Positions 13,009-24,450 of a stretch of 64,000 nt of DNA are shown here, in pieces. The notes under the pieces were generated by a model that saw only the letters and a list, made by a program, of their open reading frames with translations, made no database searches and was not told the origin of the DNA. Made by a program: the position numbers and the translations under genes. Source of the DNA: the human T2T-CHM13v2.0 reference genome, Homo sapiens; the NCBI RefSeq assembly GCF_009914755.1, contig NC_060926.1. One strand, given 5' to 3'. Numbering within the stretch: position 1 is the stretch's first letter; each line of letters starts with the position of its first letter.

Positions 13009-15340
13009 TATAAACAGAATTAAAAACAAAAATCACAGGATCACCTAAACAGACACAGAAAAAGCATTTGACAAAATCCAGCATCCATTTATGATTAAAA
13101 CCCTTAGCAAAATTGGCATACAAGGGACATATCTCAATGTAATAAAAGCCATCTATTATAAACCCACAGCCAACATAATACTGAACAGGGAAAAGTTGAA
13201 AGCATTCCCTCTAAGAACTGAAACAAGACAAGAATTCCCACTCTCACCACTTTTATTCAACATAGTACTGGAAGTCCTAGCCAGAGCAATCAGAAAAGAG
13301 AAAGAAAGAAAAAGGCATCCAGTTCAGTAGAGAGGAAGTCAAAGTGTGGCTGTTTGCTGATGATATGATTATATATCTAGAAAGCCCTAAAGACTACCCA
13401 TAAAGCTCCTAGAACTGATAAATGAATTCTGAAAATTTTCAGGATACAAAATTAATGTACACAAATCAGTAGCTCTGTTATACACCAATGGCAACCAAGC
13501 TGAGAATTAAATAAAAAACCCCTTTTACAATAGCTGCAAAGATAAAAATAAATAAATAAATAAATAAATAATACACTTAGGCATATACCTAACCATGGAT
13601 GTGAAAGACCTCTACAAGGGAAACTACAAAATACTGCTGAAAGAAATCATAGACAACACAAACAAATGGAAACACATCCCATGCTCACGTATTGGTAGAA
13701 TCAATATTGTGAAAATGACCATATTGCCAAAAGCAATCTACAAAATCAATGCAATTCCCATAAAAATACTACCATCATTCTTCACAGAACTAGAGAAAAC
13801 AATCCTAAAATTCATATGGAACCAAAAAAGAGCCCACAGAGCCAAAGCAAGACTAAGCAAAAAGAACAAATCTGGAGGCATCACATTACCTGATTTCAAA
13901 CTATACTATAAGGCCATAGTCACCAAAACAGCATGGTACTAGTATAAGTACAGGCACATAGACCAATGGAACAGAATAGATAACCCAGAAATAAACCCAA
14001 ATACTTACATCCAACTGATCTTTGACAAAGCAATAAAAACATAAAGTGGGGAAAGGACACTCTATTCAACAAGTGGTCCTGGGATAATTGGCTAGCCACA
14101 TGTAAGAGAATGAAACTGGATCCTCATCTCTTACCTTATGCAAAAATCAACTCAAGATGGATCAAGTACTTAAGTCCAAGACCTGAAACTATAAAAATTC
14201 TAGAAGATAACATAAGAAAAACCCTTCTAGACATTGCCTTAGGTAAAGACTTCATGACCAAGAATCCCAAAGCAAATGAAACAAAAACAAAGATAAATGG
14301 GTGGAACTTAATTAAATTAAAGAGCTTGTGCACAGCAAAAGGAACAGTCAGCAGAGCAAACAGACAACCAACAGAGTGAGAGAAAAGCTTCACAATCTAT
14401 GCATCAGACAAAAGACTAATATCCAGAATCTATAAGGAACTCAAACAAATTAGCAAGAAATAAACAAACAATTGAATCAAAAAGTGGCTAAGGACATGAA
14501 TAGACAATTCTCAAAATAAGTTATACAAATGGCCTACAAACATGAAAAAATGCTCAACATCACTAATGATCAGGGAAATGCAAATCAAAACTACAATGTG
14601 ACGCCACCTTAAACCCACAAGAGTGGCTACAACCAAAAAAAATAGAAATAAAAAGAAATGCTGGCATGGATGCAGTGAAAAGGGAACATTTCTACATTTC
14701 TACACTGTTGGTGGGAATGTAAACTAGTACAATCGCTATGGGAAACAGCTTGGAGATTCCTTAAAGAAATAAAAGTAGAACTCTACCATTTGATCCAGCA
14801 ATCCCACTCCTGGATATCTACCTAAAAGAAAAGAAGTCATTAATTATAAGAAAAAGATATTTGCACATGCATGCTTACGGCAGCACAATTCCCAATTGCT
14901 AAAATATGGAACCAGCCAAACTGCCCATCAATCAAAGAGTGATTAAAGAAACTGGTATATAAATACAATGGAATACTACTCAGCCTTACAAAGGAATGAA
15001 TTAATGGCATTTACAGCAACCTGGATGGGATTCAAGACTATTATTTTAAGTAAAGTAACACAGGAGTGGAAAACCAAACATTGTATGTCCTCACTCATAA
15101 GTGGGAGCTAAGCTATGAGGATGCAAAGGCATAAGAATGATAGAGTGGATTTTGGGCACTCGAGGGGAAAGGTTGGGAAGGGGGTGAGAAATAAAAGGCT
15201 ACAAATTGAGTTTGGTGTGTATACTGCTTGGGTGATGGGTGCACCAAAATCTCACAAAACACCACTAAAGAATTTACTCATGTAACCAAATACCACTTGT
15301 TCCTCAAAAACCTATAGAAATAAAAAATTAAAAAAATAAA
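13009..15340 (+). mobile_element. 5'-truncated L1 (L1PB1-like): disrupted ORF2 RT/C-terminal region plus 3'UTR
   Basis: ORFs 13091-13330, 13595-13942 and 14110-14379 translate to L1 ORF2p ([37 protein letters not shown]); 3'UTR gctatgaggatgcaaaggcataagaatgata...gcaccaaaatctcacaaa; A-rich tail. Confidence 0.95.
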
Positions 15341-15449
15341 CTGTTCTGTGATAAATTGAGGTACACTTTCCCAAATTTTACATGATTTCAAATCATTCTA
15401 ACATTTTTTCTTCTACTCAGCACATCTATTTCTCATATAAGTGCCCACC

Positions 15450-15840
15450 TATATTGTCAGAGTACTCCAGAGAAATAGAAGAAATATAATGTGCATATTT
15501 ACAGGAAGAGTTTTAAGGAACTGTTTCTCACTATTATGGAAGCTGGCAAGTACAAAATTTGTAAGGTGACCCAGGAAGAGATGATGCTACAGTTCAAGTC
15601 CAAAGACAGTCTGCTGGCAGAATAACCTCTTCGTGGAAGGATGGGAGGCCAGTCTTTGTTCTATTCAGGCCTTCGACTTATTGGTTGAGGCCCACCCACA
15701 TTATGAAGGGCAATCTACATTACTCAAAGTCCAATTTAAATGTTAATATCGAAAAGCAGTTTTAGAAACATCCCAAATATGTTTGACCACACATCTGAGG
15801 ACAGTGGCCCAGCCAAGTTGAAACATACAAATAACTATGA
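15450..15840 (-). mobile_element. MLT2C/D-like ERVL LTR
   Basis: cagagtactccagagaaatagaa...ggttgaggcccacccacattatgaagggcaatct...gtggcccagccaagttgaaacatacaaataactat. Confidence 0.88.
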
Positions 15841-16011
15841 TGAGTCTACCCCTTGTCAACTTGACAGCCATACACATATCCATAAACTGTACTTTATCTC
15901 CAAATAAAGAAAATAACAAGATTATATTTCCACTTAACATGATACAACTATTCTGTGCAAAGCAAAAAGTACAGTAACTCCTTCCCCAGAAGAGGATGTA
16001 AAGCCTCTGGG

Positions 16012-16014
<3 letters not shown>
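15841..16014 (-). mobile_element. ERVL internal 3' stub adjoining the LTR
   Basis: gtctaccccttgtcaacttg (reverse complement of the PPT region caagttgacaaggggtagac) directly abuts the LTR and is followed by ERVL-int-like sequence. Confidence 0.75.
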
Positions 16015-16043
<29 letters not shown>

Positions 16044-16322
16044 GAGACGAGTCTCGCTCTGTCGCCCAGGCTGGAGTGCAGTGACACGATCTCGGCTCAC
16101 TGCAAGCTCCGCCTCCCGGGTTCAAGCAATTCTCTTGCCTCAGCCTCCCTAGCAGCTAGGACTACAGGTGCCCGCCACCATGCCCGGCTAATTTTTGTAT
16201 TTTTAGTAGAGACAGGGTTTCACCGTGTTAGCCAGGATGGTCTCGATCTCCTGACCTCGTGATTCACCTGCCTCGGCCTCCCAAAGTGCTGGGATTACAG
16301 GTGTGAGCCACCACGCCCAGCC
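16015..16322 (-). mobile_element. Alu (AluSc/AluY-like), long T tract
   Basis: Long T run then gagacgagtctcgctctgtcgcccagg...caccgtgttagccaggatggtctcgatctcctgacctcgtgat; many CpGs retained. Confidence 0.97.
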
Positions 16323-18029
16323 GCACCCATTCTTATCAAAAAGTCTGAAAACCAAACTAGTAAGAATGCCATCAACAGATCCAGCTTTTATGATGGCATG
16401 TCTTAAGCAGCATTTGCATAAAGAAAGAGAAGAAATAAAAACAATTTATTCAGTGAAAACCATACATAAATTTCAAATTTAGAAAGATAATTGTTAATGA
16501 ATATCTCTTTGCTTTTAAGCAAATCTAAAGAAAATGGGAGTTATGTTTTACATGTGTCTTTGAGAGTTTAGCAAGAAGAAAATTAATATTTAATAAGCTG
16601 TGTAGATTGGTTGCAGGATTCTATGGTAGGACTAAAGCTCTTTAATGGATGGAATTGGTTCTGTCAATAAAAATGACAAGCTCTTCAATGACTTTCTCCA
16701 CGTATACCATTGTTGAAAGCTAAGACAACCTAAGCCACCATTCTTCAAAGGATTTAAGTAAAATAGTCCCAGAAGGACATCTGGGTTGAAACTGGCAGTA
16801 TTGAATGTCCCAGTCATATATTATGAAAAGTATAACCTACCCTGAAGTTTAATTTCACATTTGTTTCTCCTTGAGACTGAGAATAAAATAGAGAACATCA
16901 AGGACACTAGACATAAGAATAAACGTAATTTTTTAGAGAACTCTGAAAAGAGCCAATAGTATCAATAAAGTGATTTTAGAAACAATGGGCTTAAATACAA
17001 GAAGCACAAAGGTATCAGATCAATGTGGGCAACACATTTACATGAAAAATGATGTCTTAAATTAACATTCTACTTCTTAATCATAATTTTTATAGTAGTG
17101 ATGAGTACAAATTATGTAACTTTTGCATTATAGTATTAACTTCAGGAATGGCAAAGACAATCTAACTCTCTGAAGTATCACTACGCAGAAATAATTTTGT
17201 TATTGCAAAAGTCAGGTGGTTATACAGTATTCTGGTGAAGACTAAATTCCCAAATTGTATAGAAAATTCTAGTTTAGTGTAGAGATGTTGAATAATAAAC
17301 TTATACTTTTTTGCATTGTACAAAACATTTGAATGTAAGTTATTTCCCATTTATCCTCATAGGCATAATTAATCCCATTCTGCAGATAGAGAATTTATTT
17401 TTGTAAGGTTCATAGGTAAATCACACATCTTGTAAAATTAGCTTAGTTGAAATGAAAAAAAATGGTGGGTAAAGGAAAATGGCTCACACATAAGGCCAGA
17501 TACTTCATTATAATCCTAACCACTAGTTGACTAACTCAGAAAGTAAAGTGATTTAACTGTTCATATACGTATAGTCACTACTAGACTATATTGATTAAAA
17601 TAATTTTAAAGTAAATATAATTGGTATAATTGATAATTAAAATACAATAACTAATGAGAAGGCAGGTTCTTCCTTATTTTTATTTCATCCACAAAACAAA
17701 AATAAATTACTATCAAATTTTAATAATGTTAATTCTAAATTGATTACAATTTTCCATGTGTATTTGTATAGAGATCTATACATAGTAGTATTTTATATTC
17801 AGTGGTACTAAGGAAAGTAAATTTTCATATTAGCTTTCATTCTTTTTAACAAAACAAAAGCAGTTACTATGATGATGATGTATTCTTAGTTGAGATTCCC
17901 TCCTAACCTCATTGCAAGTAATTCAATAGATGGCATTCTTTTATTTTTCAACCTGACATTTATCAAAATAACTTAAAATAATATAAGAATCTTAAAACAA
18001 TGTATATTGTCACATATTTTACTTCTATG

Positions 18030-18912
18030 TTTTAAACTTCACAATTTATCCTGAGCATTTTGACTTATGAGACAATAATTCCTAAAGAAATTAAAAATTG
18101 AGAAAAATAGTTTATGTATATGCATATATTTACCACTTCTGCCACTCTTCATTTCTTTATTTAGATTCAAGTTTCCATCTGCCATTATTTTCCTAAAGTG
18201 AGAACAATTTTTTAGAATATTTCTTTCAGTTCAAGTTTGTTTGTAATAAGTTCTCAAAGTTTTTGTTTTCTGAAAATAATTTTTTTCACCTTCATTTTTA
18301 AAGATATTTTCATTTGATATGAAATTCATGGTTGACAGTTTTTGTAAAATTCAGTACTTTAAAGATGTTATTCTATTATCTCCTGACTCATTGTTTCCGA
18401 CAGTAAGGGAAATTTTAAAATTGTGTTTCTCTTTATGTAATGTGTATTTCCTGCCTTACTGCTTTTAAGTTGTTCACTTTATAACTGCTTTTTAGATATT
18501 TGATTATACCATGCCTTGATATAGTTCTCTTTGCATTGTGTGATGGTTAATACTGAACGTCAACTTGATTGGATCGAAGGATACAAAGTATTCTGGGTGT
18601 GCCTGTGAGGGTGATGGCAAAGGAGATTAACATTTGAGTCAGTGGGCTGGGGAAGGCAGATGCACTCAATCTGGTGGGCACCATCTAATCAGCCTCCAGC
18701 GAATATAAAGCAGGCAGAAAAAAACGTATAAAGGCAAGACCGACCAAGTCTCCCAACCTACACATTTCTCCCATGCTGGATGCTTTCTGTCCTTGAACAT
18801 TGGACTCCAAGTTCTTCAGTTTTGAGACTCAGACTTGCTCTCCTTGCTCCTCAAGCTTGCAGACAGTCTATTGTGGGACCTTGTGACCATGTAAGTTATT
18901 ACTTAATAAACT

Positions 18913-18955
<43 letters not shown>

Positions 18956-19800
18956 CCTATCAGTTCTGTCCCTCTAGAGAACCCTAATTCACATTGTGTT
19001 TGATTTTATTGAGTTTATGGATTTATTGTTTTATATTTTTCAACAAATAAAGACATTTTTCAGCCCTTGCTTGTAAATTTACTTTTATGCTTGTATCCTG
19101 TCTTTTTCTTCTGGGGCTCCACTTATATTTATGTTAGGCCACTTGACATTGTTTCATAGAGCAGTGAGGTGTTGTCAATTTTTCAGGCTTTTTCCTCTCT
19201 ATTTGTTTCAGTTTGGATAACTGTATTGCCCAGCTTCAAAATTTATTATTAATTTTTTGGCTCTATCTAATCTGCTGTTTGTCCATTTAGCGGATTTTTT
19301 AAATTTTCAGATATTGTATTTTTCATGTCTGGAAGTTTCCTTTTGTTTTTTATATCTTCCTTTTTATTGATTTTTTTCAAGTTTTTTAAACCATTGAGCA
19401 TATATTAAAAAGCTGTTTTAATGTCCATGACTACTGATTTTATTATCTTTTTCATTTCTGTTTCTGTTTCAATTGACTGACATTTCTGTGTTTTGGCATA
19501 TCTAGCAATTTTTGATTCAATACTTGATATTATAAATATTACATTGTTCAGTATTTGAATTTTTCCTTTTATTAAAAAGTGAGGTTGTTTTGTTGGGAAC
19601 TAAATTTAGCTGTGGATCAACATATTAATTTCAAGACTTGTATCAAGTTTTGTTATAGTAGGTCTAGAATCATCTAAAATAACACTTTAATCTAGTGTTA
19701 GTTTAGCTCTACCTAAGTCCTGAGAACTTTATTGGGTCTTTACCAAATATTTAGTTTTCAATAATGATTGTCTCTCTGTCTGGTCAGAACTTAATTGTTT
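18030..19800 (-). mobile_element. Ancient L1M (ORF1/inter-ORF region), interrupted by MLT2A
   Basis: ttcaccttcatttttaaagatattttc, cagtactttaaagatgttattctattatctcctgac, tttcttctggggctccacttatatttatgttagg are antisense L1M motifs. Confidence 0.8.
18539..18991 (+). mobile_element. MLT2A (HERVL) solo LTR, MLT2A2-like, complete
   Basis: tgtgatggttaatactgaacgtcaacttgattgg...cagcgaatataaagcaggcag...aataaactcc(TG)n...gttctgtccctctagagaaccctaattca; perfect 5-bp TSD CATTG (18534-18538, 18992-18996). Confidence 0.95.
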
Positions 19801-20069
19801 TCCAACATTGTAACAGATATGATAATTCTTAAGTTTACAAATCTCCCATATTTGTACCTTGCTCGGTTTTGTTAAGTTTAAACTTATGAAAGCATAGTTT
19901 AGTGTTGAATGCATGGGCTCCTTTTTTGTGCACTGTGGTTGGGAAAGTACTACACAACATAAAGCTGAATACATCACTAGCTACCTCTTCTTAGTCTTGG
20001 ATATTTCTTTACTTCCTTCTATAAATGCTGTTATTCTTAAGGACTCAGTTTTAAAATTTTTATCTTATC

Positions 20070-21210
20070 TTTATTTATTCTCCAGGTGGTCCCATTGAAA
20101 TCCATTAATGATAGATACTTTATATATCATATATACTTCTATATCTATGCTTCATTCCATATCTTTGTGCTGAGCTCCAGATGCATGAGTCAAACAGCCT
20201 GTTCAAAGCTTTACCTGAATTTCTATTAAAAAAAAATAATCGCAGTTGGCATGCTCCCAGTACATCTTGATTTAACCTCTCTAGCTTCCTCCCTTTTCTG
20301 TACTCTGCTTTACAGTAAATGGTACCCTCATTCACCCCAGTGGTCAGGACAGAAGCCTTATGAGTGATCCTTATATTGTCTCAGTTTTTATACACTCCAT
20401 CTTTACTTTTTCAGAAAATGCTTTTGACAACTCCTTGAAATATATTCTTAATCTGATATTTTATTCATCTGTGGCCACCATCATAGTCCAGACTAGTATC
20501 ATTTCTGGCCAACACTACTAAAATAATTTCCTAAATAGAATAACTACTTCCAATCTGTTCCCATTTATCTGTGTACCACATGACAGACTCAATGATTATA
20601 CTAAAATGAAGTGATATCATGTCATTCTCCTATTTCTTAACTCACCACTGGTTTGCCATCACATTGGGGATATAAATAAAAGACTTTCTGAACATTCTGT
20701 AATAATTGGCCCTTGACTACCACTTGAAATTTATATCTTATCATCTGCTTGTTCAAACTGACCTGTTTCACGCTGGCTTTTAAAATATTCCCAATACATG
20801 CCAATTGTACTGCCATCTTAAGACCTTTGTGGTTATTTTATTTGGCCAAAACAAATGTCACCTAGACAAGGTGTGAATTAGTCATTTGGGTATTAAAACG
20901 CATGCCAAAAAATGATAAAATTCCTGAAAAATTGCTCTCTTAAATGAAATCCATAATGCAGGCTGTTTCTTCCCCTCCTTTTCCATTTATTAGACCTGTT
21001 TTATTTTTGTATGTAGTACTTAACAGGACATGAAATTATACCGTGAATTTATATCTTTTTTCTTTATTTTTTATTTCTCATAGTAGAATAGACACTTTTG
21101 AAAGCAGCAACTGTATGTTTCTGCTTCAATTCTTTATTCAAAGTGCGTAGACTTTTGACTGGCATATAGTAATACTCGGTTAATATTGGCTGAATAAATG
21201 CATGAAGGCA
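20070..21210 (+). mobile_element. L2 (LINE2) 3' portion
   Basis: ctgagctccagatgcat, gtaaatggtaccctcattcacc, gccaccatcatagtccagactagtatcatttct; ends ggcatatagtaatactcggttaatattggctgaataaatgcatgaa. Confidence 0.85.
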
Positions 21211-21324
21211 TGGGTGAATAGATAGAGTAACATATTATGCCTAACAGACTGAGAAGTGTGGACTCTGTTCCTCATATTAGAGGCACATTTTGTGGGTGGG
21301 ATATAATCTATATACATTCTACCT

Positions 21325-22052
21325 GTAGCTGGGGGAGGATTGACATAAACACCCCTGTGGCCACCATCATTGAGATGGCAGAGGGTTAGACCTGAAGCTA
21401 TTACAGCACTGGGTCCTGCTCAAGGTCCACAGTAACCACTGTCTGGCTACCACCTATATTCTCTCAAGGCCCTAGGACTCTACAGTCAGCAGGCAGTGAA
21501 GCCAGAAAGGCTTGTATTCTTCCATTTAGGCTGATGAGTTCCTCCAGGTCCTGGGCAGGTCCACTGGTGCTGTCTAAGAGCCAGGGCCTGGAGTCAAAAA
21601 CCTTACTGCTCTATTTTATCGTAGCTGAGCTGTCACTGAAGCCACAAGGCAAAGTCCTTTTCATTCTTTCCTCCCATTTCCACAAGTAGAAGAGTCTCTG
21701 TTTAGGGCCACCACTGTCCAAGGCCCACTGTGAATACTGCCTGGCTATTGCCAATGTTCATTTAAGGCCCAGGGGCTCCTTAATCAGCTTGAGGTGAATG
21801 CTTCCAGGCCTAGGACCCTCCTTTCAGGGAAGTGGCCTCCTCTCTGGCTCAGGGCAGGTGCAGAAATGCCAAGGCCTGGAACTGGGGACCCCAGAAGCCT
21901 GCTTTGTACTCTAACCCCACCATAGCTGAGCTGGTGCCTAAGCTAATTTTTGCTACTTATCAATGTGTATCATTGTATGGATAGTTCAATGTGGTGTTCC
22001 TGTGAGGAGGATGATTAGTGGAGGCTTCTATTTGGACATGTTGCTTCACCTC
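21325..22052 (-). mobile_element. Isolated L1 5'UTR fragment (L1MA/L1PB-era 5' end)
   Basis: GC-richer block; reverse complement of the right end reads gaggtgaagcaacatgtccaaatagaagcctccactaatcatcctcc (L1 5' terminus-like); internal ~300-bp repeat. Confidence 0.8.
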
Positions 22053-22394
22053 ACTTCTATTTCTTAGAATTTTAAGGTGACTTTCTACAAGACCAAGTCA
22101 TTACTTGTGTATTGTATTATCCAAGTGTTTTAGGTATTCTTAACTGCCTCCTGTAGGTAGTGAAATTCAGTGTTAGTAATTTTTTAAATTTCATAAAAAA
22201 TAGTCCTCACAGCACCAGCTTTCTATGGCTGATTCATCCAAAAACAGTTTGAAGTTTGTTTGACAGTGATCAAAGGCACATATTCTGTGGATCTAATGTA
22301 CTTAAGATTTCATATCATCTGCAGAAAATATCACATGTACCTGTCTTGACTCATGAGGTAGGATGGTAGTTAAAATCCCTAATATTCTCTGATT

Positions 22395-22592
22395 GATCAA
22401 TCAGCTACCTGGTGGCAGGCTGATTATACTAGACAGTCTCCATTTTGGAAGGGCAACATTTTGTTCTTACTAGAATAGACATTTTCTTTAAATACAGATT
22501 TGCCTTCCTTATATGCAATGCTCTTTCTGAAACTAGTATCTGTGGACTGCAGAATACCTCATTAATTGTCCCAGTATTTCACACAATATTGC
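22395..22592 (+). pseudogene. ERVL pol integrase-core fragment
   Basis: gctacctggtggcaggctgattat (ATWWQADY) and ORF 22445 GQHFVLTRIDIFFKYRFAF..NA...TSICGL match the HERVL integrase WQVDY...GQRFVLTGIDTYSGYGFAY motif. Confidence 0.8.
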
Positions 22593-24325
22593 TAATAAAT
22601 ATAATTTATTTTGCTAGTTTCTTTACATTGATTCTTAAAAGTACTGGTGTGCATTCAATATACATCTACTGAATACATTCTGTGTTTCAGTGGTATATGA
22701 GAAGTTATAAATAAGTATCGGAGTCATAAGTATAAAACTAGTCTGTGGCTTCTTGCACAAAGCACATGTACATATATGACATTATGTAACTCATATAACA
22801 TATATACCACCTTCAAAAGTATGGTAGAATCAATAAGTGATATGAAAATTCAGATGATTTATAGGGACATGAATAATCAGATACATTAACTTGAGGAATT
22901 TGAATTAATAATGTATCTTGGGTTTTTTATTTAATGAAGTTGTAATGTCACATTTTTTTAAGATAATGGTAAACCAAGATCACTCTTTTAATTGTAACTC
23001 TTTTAATTGCTCTAAATATATTGACTGAACCTCTTCAAAGCCACTTAGGTAGATTTATTAAATACATACTTATGTGAAGTGAGTTTGGGTAAGCAATGAA
23101 GAGTTGGATCAGTCTGAGGATTGTGGTACTAAGAATCTAGGTGTTATGAAGGTCACATTAAGCTTATTAGGATATAGGGTCCACTTTAGGAGTCAAAAAT
23201 TATAGGCCTGGCATAGGGAAATGAGTGTGAAATTAGTTTTCAGTGCCCATGATTAGTTTATAAAACAGGAGGACACATGAATAGCATTTATAAGAGTCTA
23301 GCCATGAAGGAGGCTAGGGGACATATCACAGTGGTATTCAGAGCCAAAATCTAATTAGAGAAAGTAAAGTTCATAAGGGAGAAACAATCAAAACAACGAG
23401 CTCTTTAACGAGCATTGGGGCAGATGGGCAAGTTATACATTATAGGGCAGGGAAATTTGTTCTTTGGATAAGTCATCATAAATTTGAAACATTTATTATC
23501 TCCATGTGCCTGGACTGGATGGGCATTGGATAACATGATCAAGTGCCAAGGTTATAACTAGCTAAATTTTGTAACTGAATAGGATAAGAAGAAAGAATAA
23601 AAACTGGCTTGGCAATGAGAAGAAGTTAACAGACTTTTCAAATAAAGCTACCTGGAGGGTTGTGGAGCTGATTTGCTGATATGCTTGGAGATTAATTATG
23701 AAGATCTACACTATAAATCAGAAGAGAGGTTTGGAAGTTTGGCAGGATTTACAAGTCAGTTACGTAGTGTCTAATATGCAGAATGCATAATGCATTGGAG
23801 AGCTCCTAGAGGTGATCCATGAACACAAAACTTACCTGTTCCTATAGCAACTCAGTGGAATTAATAAGGATGTTCAGAGAGGGATGGCTTCTCTGACCAT
23901 GTGTTCTCCACATGAAGATGAAACAGAATACTAACAATTTTAGAAGTTTTAGAATTTGCATAATTATTTTCTTATAAAATATGTGTCATAATTTATCTGC
24001 TTTCAAATTTATCCTTCTCTAGCCATTTCTGAGAATGCCTGTAATTTGGGCAAGGCATCTATTCAGTAAGTTGTGTGTTCTGCTTGAAGGATGAATAAAT
24101 ATTCATAATAAGTGAAGTGGTATGTCATCTAGCCTACACAACAATTCAAATATTTGGTGAAAAGCACAAATTTGACACAAAGATGAAATTTGTGGCCATT
24201 CTGTCCTCACATTTCACACCAGGGTATAATTCATCTTTTATCTACAAACTAGAAACTGAATTGGTTAGAAAGGTTCCAGATGCCCTAGAGTGACATGAAA
24301 AATTTATATGTAATCTTGGCACCCA

Positions 24326-24450
24326 TTTTCTTTTTTTTTAAGACAGAGTCTTGCTCTGTCGCCCAGGCTGGAGTACAGTGGCTCACAGCAACCTCTGCCT
24401 CCCGGGTTCACGCCATTCTCCTGCCTCAGCCTCCCAAGTAGCTGGGACTA
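24326..24450 (-). mobile_element. Truncated Alu right-arm fragment
   Basis: T run then agacagagtcttgctctgtcgcccaggctgg...gggttcacgccattctcctgcctcagcctcccaagtagctgggacta; small internal deletion. Confidence 0.95.

Noticed and set aside
16323-24328. gcacccatt flanks two different TSD-less Alus (16323 and ~24319)
   Set aside because: A 9-bp match is plausibly chance, and the geometry does not fit a single insertion.
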